Below are positions 42,373 through 56,986 of a DNA stretch of 64,000 nucleotides, piece by piece. Positions within the stretch are counted from its first letter, which is position 1. Each line of letters opens with the position of its first letter. The stretch lies in contig CM052817.1 in the NCBI GenBank assembly GCA_028534125.1, forward strand, positions 31,808,001-31,872,000. The letters are read 5' to 3'. A program made the position numbers and the translations under genes. Source of the stretch: Lama glama. Taxonomy: Eukaryota. The notes beneath the pieces were generated by a model. That model was not told the origin of the DNA and searched no databases. It worked only from the letters and a program-made list of their open reading frames with translations.

Positions 42373-43002
42373 TAGCATATATTTGTATACAGTAACTATA
42401 TATTAATTGAGAGACAGAATATCCAATTTGGTCATCGAAGACCTATAATGCAGATACTAACATCTAAAAAAAAGTCCTCTTATAAAGAACATGTAGATAC
42501 TTCCTTGCAAATGAAAGAAGGTTGCCATAAAATACATCATTCTCTTGGAAGGAAGTCCCCAATAATTAGGGGAAAAATGTGGGTTACAAGCAGTGCTGGG
42601 GGTGGCGTGGGGGTGAGACGAGGGACCGTTTCAGAAAAGCTATGCATACATTATTCCCCTCCATGCCCTCGGTTCCAAGAGATTTGCAGGTTTTCTTTTT
42701 TGTTGAACAAGACTCTGGAAAAAAGAGCATTTGCCTAACTTCATAAACCAATCACATCCACACACATCTGGGGTAACTAGGATTTATCTATCACTCGTAG
42801 AATAAGCATAAGGCCTCATCACTGACAACAAACCAGATGGATCCAGGATGACCTTTGTTATCTCTACTGGTTTGGCAGCACGTTAAAGGGTAATACTGAG
42901 CATGTGGAAGGAATCGTTGCATTAAGAACTACAGGACATGGTAACAGGCGAACTCCAGAAGAGAAAGTAAGGAAACGAGCAAGAATCAACCCTCTATATT
43001 TA

Positions 43003-43194
<192 letters not shown>

Positions 43195-43684
43195 TCACAG
43201 TTACAAAATGGCAAAAATTAGATGAAGAATAGTTACAGTTACCTTCTGTATAAAAATAAAAGCCCATCAACCTTTAAATGACACTAATGTATTGTTGTTG
43301 CAAAAGAAGGAGCTCTGACTTCAACAAACTCTTCTCCCTGGTGCTTAGCTTCAGCATATTGGAGAAAATGTGTAAAAATTATGTGCACAACTGAAACCAA
43401 TTTGAAGGGAGGACAAATGCAGTGAATAGTATCATGTAAGAAAATATTTAACCCAGAAGACTTTTAACCTGAAAACATACAGATATTGTGGGAAAAAAAA
43501 AGGTATTCATTTTTGCATCACTCTGTGCACTGGAATAACCAGGCAAATATATACATTCATAGGTAAATATGTGCATTTATATATTTATATAGGGAAATAT
43601 ATACCTTTTAGATTTGATCGTAAACTTTCATAAATGAATATCAAACTGTATCACAAAACGATTTATTTATTCCAGTTAACACTA

Positions 43685-43897
<213 letters not shown>

Positions 43898-43999
43898 TCA
43901 GAGAATTGCCTTTTTTCATGCGAAAAAACACCTCATGAAATAACACTGGAGCACGGGAGGAAGGAAGACAGAAGAAAATCTTTCTGTCTGACATTTTTA

Positions 44000-44960
44000 A
44001 AACTAGTCCAGGCATTGGAGCTCGCTTTAATACCAAATTTCCAAGTGCCACCCGTTCACTTCTGAGATCAACTGGCTATCCTATTTTCTATAAAGCTTAT
44101 TTCAAACCCCTTCCGTCCCGTCCTCAACTCTCCTACCCTGATACCATGTACCCCTCTCTAGGCAGATGATTTGTCTCCCACTTCACGTCAACTTTCCTGA
44201 ATCTCTCACTGCAAAACCCACTGATCTATCTATATCTGCACCTCTTCTTCCTCTCCTTTGCACTTGTGACAGCTGAGGGGGTGCTGGTGTTCTAGCTGTT
44301 AGAAGCCTGTCTGCTCTTGCGTTATCGGGAAAGAACACTATCAATTATCCCTTCTCTTTCTTGCATCTGCAACATTTCCCTTTTAACTGAATATCTGATT
44401 CCCATTAACTATACTCAGATATCTTAGTGGAATAAGCCCTCCCCATAATACTTCCCTCTCACTCATCAGTGACCACAATGCTCAGAACAGTGGGCATTTT
44501 TCTTGCATCCTATTTTGACTTTTCAGCAGCATGGGACACTGTCAGATATTCCTTCTTCCCCGAAACACTCCCTTTCTTGGATACATCTGTGCCACTGTTG
44601 GCTGTGTCATCTCTGCCCGCATTTCAGATTTACTCTCCTTTACCTGCATATTAAATGTTAGACTGCTTCAGGACAAATTCCTAGCCTGCCTTTTCTTATC
44701 ACTATGTATTTTCTCCCAAAGTAATTTCATGTATTCACATGGCTTCAGTTACCACTGATACCACATCATCCACTAATATGAAGCTTCACTTCTCTGAACT
44801 TAGACCCTCAGTCTAAGTTTGCCACTTCTCCTTGGATGTTAAAAAGATGCCTCAGATTTGCCATGTTCAAACCAAATACACTTTCCCCTCAAACTTGATA
44901 TGTTTAGTGTTTCTTTTCTCAGCAAATGATCTTCTCTCCATCTGTATCACACCATCTCAG
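44000..44960 (+). mobile_element. L2 internal fragment, decayed
   Basis: ttgactttcagcagcatgggacactg..., catggcttcagttaccac, ccacttctccttggatgt motifs; edges approximate. Confidence 0.6.
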
Positions 44961-46036
44961 CCCAAGCTGTCATTATTTACACCAGTGGTCCCTAAAATGA
45001 GTAAATGCATCCCCATGGGTGTGTAAGATTGTTCACTGAAATACAGGGAAAAAATAAACCTTTAATTAATACTTTGGTTATGTAAATAAGATTAAAGTTT
45101 TAAGCTTTACTCCTTTTTATATATGACATAATGCTGGCACCCTCCCTTAGTCTAAGTATCAGGTGGCCACTTCACATCGTCATAGAAGACATCTTGATGG
45201 GAGTGGGAAAGTTCTACAATGTACTGGGGTTCACAGAGGTGTCCCCAAATATTCAGTCTTTCAGTAGACTGCAATTTGTATGATTTCATTAAGTGGATTA
45301 ATGGATGACTTTATCTAGCTTTAACTAAACTAGCTTTCAAAGTTAAAAAGATTCCTGAAAATAAATACAGATTGAAGATAATTCTAATAAAGTAAGCCTG
45401 TAAAAGATGACAACAACAAAATAGCATCACTGACATTTTTTCTACTTTCAGTATGAGAGTTCCAGTGAGGAAAAAACTTAATTTCAGAAATGAACTTGTT
45501 CAATGGAGAGAATACTTTTAAAAATGGTATTTAAGAAAATGTCTTTCATTATGGGATTTTTGTTGCTGAAAACCATGCTAAGTACATCATCTATAAAAAC
45601 ACTCATCTCTGCTCACTTTAAAAATCTGGAAATAATTATTAACCTATCTTAGAAATTCTACAAATGAAAAACTTCAATAACTTTCCAACTCATTTGTTAA
45701 CTACATATATATATCTCTAATGGTTTGATTATGTCAAGGACTAGTATAGTAATTTAAAAGAAATGAAAGGAAATATAACACCTATTTCACCTTTTTATAT
45801 CCTCCAGTGTCATTAGTCTGATGGGTAATTCATCTGCAAAATATTTTTTAAAAATCTGAAAATTTAATGTCTAAAGGGTGAGTAGGAATTTACTAGTGAA
45901 TAACAGGGTCAAAGAAGTAGGAAACAACATTTATTTTAATTTGTCTTTAACTAGGAATATGAGCCTAGGAATTCTGACTTCAGAAATTGTGCCCTAAAAC
46001 AATTTTTTACAAATTATACATGATAGTATATTACTA

Positions 46037-46141
<105 letters not shown>

Positions 46142-46185
46142 CTAGAAAAAAAAATCAATTAAATCCTTATAACTTTCTACTACTA

Positions 46186-46490
46186 TGGGCACACCTTAGA
46201 GACATTGCGGGTTTGGTTCCAGACCACAATAAAGCAAACCACACAAATTTTCTGGTTTCCTAGTGCATATAAAAGTTATGTTCACACTATATTGCAGTCT
46301 ATTAACTGTCTAACAGCATTATGCCTAAGAAAACAATGTACAACCTTAACTAAAAAAAAGTACTTTATGCTTAAAAAATGCTAACCATCATCTGACAACA
46401 CAGGGTCGCCACCTTGTTTTCAATTTGTAAAAAAAATGCAGTATCTGAGAAGCACAATAAAGCCATGTGCAATAACATGAGGTCTGCCTG
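46186..46490 (+). mobile_element. internally deleted Tigger1 derivative (MITE, ~305 bp)
   Basis: TA TSDs at 46184-5 and 46491-2; TIRs tgggcacacctt.../...gaggtctgcctg; gagacattgcgggtttggttccagaccac is the Tigger1 5' region. Confidence 0.85.
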
Positions 46491-46525
46491 TACATGTTAG
46501 GTATCATGTTAAGAATTATACAAAT

Positions 46526-46796
46526 GGGGGGAGAGGAGTGGGAAGGGATAAATTGGGAATTCGAGATTTGCGGATACTAACGACTATGTATAAAATAGAC
46601 AAACAACAAGTTTCTACTGTAAAGCACAGGAAACTATATTCAATATCTTGTGGTAATCAATAATGAAAAAAATCTGAAGAGGAATATATGTATGTATATG
46701 TATGACTAAAGCATTATGCTGTACACTAGAAATTATAACATTGTAAACTGATTCTAATTCAATAAAAAAAATTTTTTTAAAATACAAATATAAAAG
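46526..46796 (+). mobile_element. short L1 3' end with 13-bp TSD
   Basis: gggataaattgggaattcgagatttgcggatac...tgtacactagaaatt; TSD gaattatacaaat at 46513-46525 and 46797-46809. Confidence 0.9.
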
Positions 46797-47499
46797 GAAT
46801 TATACAAATAATGGCAGCACAGATCTATGCCCACAAGAAGGTGTTGAATCTAGTTGGACGAAAGACAAATACATATGAATTAATGTTAAAAAATATGATT
46901 ATAGATATGTTAACTTTCAAATGATCTGTTTAATACTCAAACCAGCAGGACAGAAGTTTAAACACTCATTTGCAAAAAACAGATTCACGATTTAAGTGAA
47001 GGAAGTCTCAAAACAATGATGAAAGGAAGCCTGATGATGACAGCTGGCCATGCGGCAGGCCTGGAGAGCAGGGAGTTTGTACTGGGACTGAGAGAACAGG
47101 GCTCCAGGAAGGTGCTCTCCAAGAAACGCAGTTAACTAGTAACAGCAACGATCTTTGCGAGGAGCTTTATCACTCTGGTGGAGTGTTGCTATGCACTGAC
47201 TAATGCAAGGGGGTGGGTACGATCCCAGGGGAAGTGATGCAACCAAATGGCGAAGGTTTTCTGAACAACAGCTCGAAAGCATAATCTGCTTTCATTCATC
47301 TTACTGACACCTTTGTACTTGTCTAATTATCATCAGTCCTGTGCTCCTTCCTGCAAATAGAAATATATTCATTTAATTTAAATAATCCTTATTTCTTCAC
47401 TGTCAGAAACAATTATGGGTCATTGATATCGCCATAGTTTTAGTTCAGAGAGAGCTCTATGAATATTCTGGAACCAAAGTGTTTCTTCCTAAACTGAGA

Positions 47500-48033
47500 A
47501 GGTAACTCTACCTATGCTTATCCAGGGCTGATGACCCAAAAGAGAATGTGACCAAAACCATGGATTTGCTTCCTCAGGCCACAGCTGATCCCCTTCAAAT
47601 AAACCTTCCATTACTGCAGAGGCTAGAAAGCTAAAAGTATTTCTTAGGATGCCTGTGAACTTCAGGATGGGGCTTAGACCCAGCCACGTGATATACTCAT
47701 GTGAGTCTCTGGGAACCGGGGTATGAGGGGGTGGGGAGGAGCACAGGCAGGAAGGGATGTATTTCACTGGGCGGGATGGTGGGAGCAGCATGCTTCTAGC
47801 TTGTCTAATTCAGTTAGGCTTCCTAATTTGGCAGCTTTTCGACTGCGGTAGAGGCAGCAGCTTCCTTGGTGGCCCAATGCTATAGTTTCCTCTGGTTTTC
47901 TATTTATTCCAGAACCAGTTTCTTCAGTCCTATTAGTCATTCTGTGAACTCTCTAGATTCCTTAAAAGATCTCTTTGGGCTCAATCAGCCAGAATGGATT
48001 CTAGTGTCTGTACCTGAGAACCTACATTAATGC
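47500..48033 (+). mobile_element. old MaLR/ERVL-type LTR remnant
   Basis: 3' end tcagccagaatggattctagtgtctgtacctgagaacctacattaatgca resembles MLT1 LTR ends; 5' edge uncertain. Confidence 0.45.
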
Positions 48034-48325
48034 AGATTATGAGAACTATGTTCCAAAATCTTTCAAGATACGCAAGAACTAATTAGTAAATGGACTAACA
48101 GGACTATGAGACACTTTTTCAACCTTTCCTAAATTAAGTGCTTCCACTCGTGGGTGTCCTTTTCTTCTCCAAGTGTGTAGCTCAGTGATTTAAACTTTAT
48201 TTTGCATACACACAAAAACCATTAGCATCATTTAGTTTTTACTTTTTTAAGCATATTTTTATTTTTCACTATTCAATATTAATAAATGTTTTGTTATCAT
48301 GCTTTGAGGTATGTAACAAATTTTA

Positions 48326-48511
<186 letters not shown>

Positions 48512-48691
48512 TTAGTCATAATAAGATGATGAAATTAACAAAACAGTAGCAAAACATCCTTCCAATTCTTTATAACATGTCAAGAGGCTTCATATTCCTT
48601 CTCAAGGTATTTATAATGTTAACTAAAATTCCATAGTGTGATTTTTTTACCAAGATGTTATTTTAAATACACTTCAAAACAAAGGCACTCA

Positions 48692-48832
<141 letters not shown>

Positions 48833-51166
48833 TTATTACTCACAATAATTTAAGATCAATTATATTCTTTGTCAACAGCTAAAAGCCCTCTCCCTTCCCT
48901 TTCTCATTCACTCTAAAACAGGTTTAATTTGTAAGTATATTTATTTTCATATGGTAAGTATATATTTGGTATATGGTAAGTACAGATAACTCAAAAGCAA
49001 CCATAAATAAGGCAACTCTGAGTCATTCTTTATATTCTCAAAACAAAATAGTAAAATACTAGAATTATATTACTATTTCTAAGAATTTGAAAATTATACA
49101 CACTTCAACTTACCTGATGGTAAATAGGTCACAAAACAATACTGACATAATGGTGAAAGGATTACTCATCTTCACCATAATTCACTGCAGCCCATTTACA
49201 GTTAAAATTTAGGACACCAAATGTTGTTACAGATATTTGCACTTATGAAATAATGCAAAATATTATTGAGTGATTATCCTTAAAAGAAGGACTACAGAAT
49301 GGTGGGTTAAGAGCATGTACTCTGAAATCAGGAATGACTGGCCAAACCCCATCCGTGGACACTGTTATACTGCTTGGTGACACAATTTTCGCATCTCTAA
49401 CATGGAGATAACATGGTACCTATCTCACAGACTAAGGAAGTATGAAAAGCAGTGAGAACACTGGCCTGGTATATGTTAAATGCTCACTAAGTGCCAGGTG
49501 TTTACCTTTCATTTTTAATTTAGAATTAGAACATAATTATTTAAAATTAGAAAAGTATTCCACTTCAATCACAATTTGATCAGCAACCCTTTTCTTCATA
49601 CTAGCTATGATAAAAAGTGAAGTTCTCAAATGACAAGAGTTACAGAATGAGATTTAATTATAAATTTTGAAAATGTAGCTAATAATCACCTTTATTAGGA
49701 AAAACTATGCATTTATTAGTTCTAGGATACATTTAGTGGTATAAATGAGCATTTATTTAATTTGGTTTGAGGGATTTCTTGTTGTTAAACAATTATTTTA
49801 TATATAGCAATGGACAAAAGGGAGTTTTAAAATTCTAAGTATTTTAGCTACTTCTATTTTATGTTTTCTCAAATTATAGAATAATAGACATCTACTACGT
49901 ATGACGAAAAGCAGTGCAAAAAAGATTACCAATGCAGATTTTTTTTAAAAAAAAGACAACCACTAGAAAATATAATTTTGCACATCTATGTGTATGGAGA
50001 TTTGATATTTAAATTCTGAAGAGGATATCAACTACTCAGCCTGTCAGAGTCTCAACATGGAATCCCTCCCTCCACTGACAAATCGGTGATTCCAACTTTC
50101 AAATACATTCCCCAAGTAGCTTTCTATTAACTTGATACTAATACTACAAAGTATGTTACTAATATTAAAAACCAAGCTTTTTGCAGTACTTTCTTTTCTA
50201 TCATGTAACTTTCATTTCCATCACTTAAATGCAAGATCTCAGAGTTCAATTAGTTTTATGCGCATTCCAAATAATGCTTTCATGTTGTTAAATTATATTT
50301 TCAAAATATGAGTACTAAAAATAATACAAATTATATATTAAAAATATTAAAAGTCCAATTTCACATAAAATTCTTCTCATATAAATTGTTAACAAAGTAT
50401 TTGGGTCATCTTATGTGCTGAGGTAGTTGGCAAGAAATAAAATTTGATTTTCAAACTTTTCAAGATGGACTGCTGTGTTTTACAAAGCAGACTTGTTTTA
50501 TAATGAACAGTGCCAAAATAAAAAGTGACAAAAATTGATAACTGATTGTTTATTTGGTCACTACAAAGCTATTATACATATCTGAATAATAAAAACATCC
50601 CTAGTTACAATTTTGGTCTAATTTGAATAATCAGATTACATTAATAAAATCCAGTAGTATTAACATATAATAATGTTTTGATGTCAGTCAAATATGCTCT
50701 TTGGCAGCAATCATTTTAATGTTTCCTCCCTTTTTTCCTACTGAACAACAAAAAAAGATTTGTTTAAAACTCAAAACAGTAAGATTAAAGTTTTTTAAAG
50801 TATTGGATCAAAATCATATTCAAAATCTGGGCTACTGTCTCCTTAATTTAATGGGAAAATGTTTTTTAAAGTATCATTTATAACAGCTAATATAAATTCA
50901 ACAGAATATTTTAAAATTGAAGATTAGGTTAAAAATCAATGTTTGGTATCACTGCTACCTCTTAAAATTTATCTTCCCGGGGCCACATTAATATTAAACC
51001 TTTGGGAGAATGCTCCTGCTGTGCGCTACTCTTCTTCTGCAATATGAGAAGCAGGTTTGAATAAATACGTGGGACATGCAATGCAGCAATGGGTAAATGC
51101 GGGGGGAAAAGCCACACTTAAAGGAGATAAAGCAATATTTTACTTTGTAACATCAACACGACTCAC

Positions 51167-51211
51167 CTGGAGTGTTTCTATTTGTTTTCTGATACTGTTG
51201 TTAGATGGCAT
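51167..51211 (-). CDS. FRYL: FRYL exon 5/38, 45-nt small exon (MPSNNSIRKQIETLQ)
   Basis: 45 nt, phase 0-0, TTTAG acceptor, CAG|GTGAGT donor. Confidence 0.88.
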
Positions 51212-52240
51212 CTAAATAAAGCAATGTGAGACAGCAAACATAAACATGAGATGCAGCACATGCATGTTAGATGAAAATAAGCACAAAACAAGACAGCTCT
51301 CCACCAAGGTCTCTATTTAGAAGAAATTTGAAATTTCCAAGACAGTGGCTAGAAACACTGAGGGAAAAATTTTTTCTATAATTTGGGCATCACGGGATAC
51401 ATCTACAACACTTAAACAGAGAGAAAAATACGTAAATTTTTAACTATCTAATTTTTCCTCTAAAAACACTGCATTCGATATCAGACAAGTTTCAATTTTC
51501 AAAAGGAAATAAGCATATATTGTAGAAAAAATCTTCAAATCATTTTTATATGGCATCTACTCTTACTTCTCTCTCTTCCTCTCTCTCAATTATTCTTCAG
51601 AAACTTTAAAATCATTTTTCACCTAATGACCTCAACTGACATAAAGATAGGCGAAGAGGAAACTACCAAATTACGTATGGGGCGAAAATCATAGATTCAA
51701 CACTTTCAGTGAAAATAAACTGATAATCTCTTATGGTATTTTTGGACCTACAGACTAATGCTCATTTTTCGCGGTCACCAACTTCAAAAGTTGGCAGGCT
51801 AATTTTTTAAACATGGTGTAATATCTTAAAGTGTCTTGAAAATGTGTCATATTTATTCTTACGACTACAGGGAATACTGCTTTTTTAATACCCCAGAACT
51901 ATAGCCCAAATATTTTAAAAAATATTCAGTACAGCAACATTCTTCATAGTACATTAGTACATTGAAAGGTAACGTGGTAGGCCAGAAAGATCAAAAGTTA
52001 TGGCACTGGATGGATTTAAATGCAAATTCTATCTCTATCACGTTTTGGCTCCCTAACTTTGGGTTACTTATTTATCTTCTTTCAGCCACAGATACAGTTA
52101 ACAATTAAATGAGAAATTATACTTAGAGACTCTAGCCTGTAGTAAATATTAATAAAAATTCATTTTTATTTTAAGAAGTAGTTGACCTAGGAAATGGAAA
52201 AGTGTCATAGATTTTTTTTATATCAAGAGATTACTTGAAT

Positions 52241-52518
52241 AATAGCTATCATCTTTGAAAAGCATGAGGTAGAGCCATATGTAATGGCAAGGAATAGAGG
52301 TAATGACAAAATATTTTTAAATAGTATATAGAACAGCATATGTGGTCTATATTTCGGTTAAGTATCTACATATCCTTGTATTTACTTGTACGTTCCATAG
52401 ATAACACATTATCAACAGCTCTCCTTGGGGTTAAGAATTAGATTGTCACTTTTTGCTTCATATGCTTATATAGTGTTTGAATATTTAATAAAAAGGTCAC
52501 ACAACTTCTAAAAAAAAG
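52241..52518 (+). mobile_element. TSD-flanked polyadenylated retro-insertion of unknown source (decayed L1ME-like body)
   Basis: Perfect 15-bp TSD agagattacttgaat (52226-52240, 52519-52533); AATAAA at 52487-52492; A8 at 52510-52517. Confidence 0.75.
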
Positions 52519-54336
52519 AGAGATTACTTGAATCTCAAAACAAAATCAATTTAGGTTAAGACCTTTATCTTGGACCGTTTTTTCCTATACACAAAACAAG
52601 TAAGTTACACCTACTACAACAGATCACTAGCATAGCTTTCCCCTGAATGCTCAACTCCTTACCTCAACTACGCAGCATAGCCACAGTATCTAAAACTTAA
52701 CAAACAGGAACCAATTCATGAAATTTCTGCTGAATAGAGCCTTAATGTAAGTTAAGGGTTAATGGCCAAGACAACTATGTTCCAAATATTCATGCTAAGT
52801 GGCTCTTAACTCCTTTGGCCTGGCAGATTAACACAGCCATTAATGCAAATGGACAATACGCCAGAAATATTTAACAGAAGGTAAGGGTTCAAAGAAAATA
52901 GAGCATTTTAAATGAAAGCCTTAAGACAAAAAAAACAGTTAAGGTACTGCGAAAGAATTGCAAATATGTTAGGTGGAAACGTATATATATATGTATATAT
53001 ATATAAAAACATTCCAACAAGCAACAGAAAAGTGTGAATTGTCATGAAACAAAGCAACCTTCCAGAAACACTTAAATGCTTGTCTTAAAATATTTTATTA
53101 GAAGTTTGAAGAATCATACTACCCAGCAAATGATCAATTAATTTACTTTCAGTATCTAAGTCTATACAAATTATCAAAATCAGGACAGAAAACAATATGA
53201 TGTACTTAATTAGATAAAACTTATTTTCGCGTTGCATGACATTAAGAATTTAACCAGCTTGATTGTTTTTCAAAGACTTCTACTTTCTGTATACCTTACT
53301 AGGAAATCAAGGTATTTTTCAAAATGATAAACAAAATCATAAAAAAAAATCTAGGATAATGTTGTCCAGTGGATCATTTCTGAAGTGAGAAAGAAGAGGC
53401 AGCCCTATTTCTCACAATATCATGATGAACTGTAGGGCCAGAGACAAGTCATTTAGTCTCTCTATGCCTCAATTTCATTGTCTTCAAAGTATAAGGTTTC
53501 CAGTCGTAACCCTAACTTAGAAGAATAACAGGAAATAAAATACCATGTCTGCCATGTTTCTATAACACATAAGCAAAATGCAAATATATTCACATATGCA
53601 TCAAAAAAGTATTCAAATCAAGCATTCATATGACATGCAGATGAGGAATATCCCCAAGTTGTGTGTCAGATATTAACTGTACTGTCCACAGAAGAAAAGA
53701 AGATCCTATTTAGATCCTGCGAGCAGAGTATCCAGGGAAGATAATGATCCTTATATCTCATTGTTTTGTTTTCCATAAGAGACTGGACCTGGACCAAATA
53801 GTGTCAAATAGTGTCAGGAACAATTATCCCTTGATTCAAGTCAGAATCATTTCAGGAGATTTCACATCCATGTGGATTCAGCGTCTTTCTTTTAGATCTG
53901 GCTGGGCGTACTTACATTAAATGTGCTTTTAGTGATATTTTATTATCAAGGCTTTTTTCATATTATTCAGGTTCGAGCCAACATTACTGAATTTTCTCGA
54001 AAGAAAACACAAAATAAGGATCTAGGGAGTTCTGTAAGATTAATTCTCTGAAATTCTAAAGGAGTTTATTTATTAACAAATATTGCTAGATCTAAGATAA
54101 TAAAAAAACAATTACTAAAAATACATAATTTTGCATTCATTCAGACCAACTAAATTTTTAATAAGAAGTTTATTCATGTCTATGCACGATTCCCAGTAGA
54201 AAAAATGAAGTATGTATAAGCAAAAGAATGTGGTACAGTATTACTATTCAAATGAACTGTAGTATTAAAAATTTTATTATATACTGTTCAGTGTATATGC
54301 AGAAGTGAATATACTGTAGTCAGTATTTACAGGTCA

Positions 54337-54456
<120 letters not shown>

Positions 54457-54649
54457 CTACAGGAGAAAGAAGAGAATGAACATTTTTTCATGAAAAAGCA
54501 CTGGATATGTAAATTATATTTCAATCACTTTCATGAACAAAGAAATTCTGTAGCAGTTTTCCCATTTGTAATAAGAAATACAATTCCTGTTTATACCAGT
54601 TATAAAATTCTGGTTTTTGAAGTGAAAAAAAAAAAGTGAATGAAGGACC

Positions 54650-54820
54650 GTAAATGGCAAAATATCCTTCTTTTTTATGGGTAAGTTGTATTCCATTACA
54701 TATATATGCTGCATCTTCTTTATCCATTCATCTATTGATATGCATTTAGGATGCTTCCATATTTTGGCAATTATAAATAATGTTGCCATTAATAGCAAGA
54801 TGTATGTATCTTTTTGAATT
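54650..54820 (-). mobile_element. L1 3' fragment, sense to FRYL
   Basis: ORF 54514..54798 gives LFIIAKIWKHPKCISIDEWIKKM, the L1 ORF2 C-terminus. Confidence 0.85.
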
Positions 54821-55249
54821 AATTCTTCTTTTGTGGTTGGCTTTATACCTTTGATAACTATGTAAGTTTAAAAAGCTAAAGCTCTAAATGTTCTTAGAAA
54901 CAATGAACAGTACATATATATAAATTTTAAAAATATATGAGATGTATATATATATTTACATGTACTATATTGTATATGGGCAGTCTAATTATAACAATTC
55001 TACCTAATAAAACTGAAAAATGAAAAAATTGAAATAAAAAAAAAGAAAGAAATATGATCTTGTGGAGTAATCTAACTAAGAATGACAAAGGGCAAATTTT
55101 CTTTAAGAACAATTTCTTGATCTATCACATCTCCCCAGGTTAGAAATATGCTATTATTTCTCCCTAGACCCACTGTTCCCTCAACCAGTACAGTCACCCT
55201 GGGATCAGAGGACAGATGGGCATTATTAATGTTTCAGCTTTCTATTTGT

Positions 55250-55410
55250 AAGGTGTGTGACTTCAGGGAGAATACGCCAAAATGCTTGAAGCCTCACCTT
55301 CCTAACATGTAAAGTTGAGAATCATATCCTATAGAGTTGTGAGGTTTAAAATAAGATAAAGAATGCAAAGCACTTAGCTCAATGCCTGGCACAATGTTTA
55401 TTATTATTAT
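55250..55410 (+). mobile_element. MIR SINE
   Basis: tgtgtgacttcaggg...gcctcaccttcctaacatgtaaa...aaagcacttagctcaatgcctggcaca. Confidence 0.7.
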
Positions 55411-55907
55411 ACCTCTATCTTAAGTGGCCAAGTATTTGTCCAATTCTCCAAGCTTTCTCCAAGCTGCATAAAAATTCACAAAATAACCCCTCAAAGTTAC
55501 TGGATAGTTAAATGGGGGATAAAATGCCTTAAATCTCTGAATAGAAAAGATGTAATTAGACAGACAACAGCTCCTAAATAGTCATATGCTTCAGAATACA
55601 ATTCATCACTAATGTAAAATAAATGAGTTTATGGTTTAATGTAAGACTACACCCAACTTTTCCTGTATTACAATATATAATTTAAAGCATGTGTCAACAC
55701 AGGTAAATACCTAGAATGAAGTCTGAATGACCTATCAAACACAGAGCTAGTAAAATCAAGAACAGAAAGTTGTTTAAAAAAAAAAAAAGGAGGAAATAGA
55801 TATAAAAAAATTTGCCCTTCTGTTGTGCTTTGGATCTTTTCCAATTTCAATTTTTACAATTCTCTGAAAACTCTACTAAATTCATAAATCAATTACTAAA
55901 ACTCTTA

Positions 55908-56042
<135 letters not shown>

Positions 56043-56384
56043 CTAGGTAAGAAGATAATACAAAAACAAAGAGAATGGTTACACACGTTAGACTAAACTA
56101 TACCAGGATTACGAGACGTTTCTGTAAGGTATGAAATTACAGTTAATAATTCACTGAGTATCTGATGCAAGTACCATAATGTGCCAAACGACCAAATGTT
56201 AAGTACATAAGATTAAACCTGGTCCCTGCCCTGAGAGAACAAGCAGAGAAAGAGGCATCAGTGAACAGGCAATGAGGATGCAGTCTAACAGGAGCTGTAA
56301 GAGGAAATTAGTGCTCTCAGAGCACCCAGAAGGGGCCCCTGTGGAAAAACTGCACAACGAAGTAACATCTAAGCTGAATCCAGG

Positions 56385-56900
56385 ATTTCTTTACCTAAAA
56401 TATTGAAATAGCCTCCCACTTAAGCTCTCTGGCCTTATTCCCACTGCTCTGGCCCCTTGCACTGGGATCCAGCCACACTAGCTTCCTTGCTGTTCCAAGA
56501 ACACGTCAAATACGCTCTTGTCTCAGGATGTCTGCACTGGTTCCTTCTGCCTAAGAAGCTCTTACTCTCAATACAGCAATGCCTTACTCCCTCATTCCTT
56601 TAGTTTCTGCTCAATTGTCACTATCTCTTTCAAGGTGGTGGTCCTTCCTAATCACTCTATTTGAAGTTTTAACTCCCTTACCCACCCTCTTCGGCCATTT
56701 TTAGGTCCCCACCATGTATTTCATGCTCCCCATTTTCACATACATCATACTGCATATTTTACATACTCACTTGAGTTTTCTGCACTAGACTTAAACTCTG
56801 TAAGAGCAGAGAGTCTTTTCTATCTTGCTCATTGTTGTACTCCCTGTGTATAAAAGATGTCCAGTCACATAGAAAGCCCTCAAAATAATGAATAAATTAA
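56385..56900 (+). mobile_element. L2 3' end
   Basis: cagccacactagcttccttgctgttcc...cactagacttaaactc...cacatagaaagccctcaaaataatgaataa. Confidence 0.7.
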
Positions 56901-56986
56901 GTAGAGTCCAACAAGAAAAGGAAGCTGGGGGTTATCAGAGAGGCAAGAATGTTTCAGACAGAAGGAGCTCTTTGAGCAGAGGCTGG

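Noticed and set aside
42088..42406. Domesticated Tigger transposase
   Set aside because: Short, frameshifted remnants of an internally deleted element with no DDE domain.
48173..48190. tRNA A-box-like gtgtagctcagtg
   Set aside because: Too short, with no B box, cloverleaf or TSD.
49108..49116. Perfect CAG|GTAAGT donor, as a hidden exon or U1 snRNA fragment
   Set aside because: No convincing upstream acceptor, the flanking exons already join in frame, and the sequence does not continue as U1.
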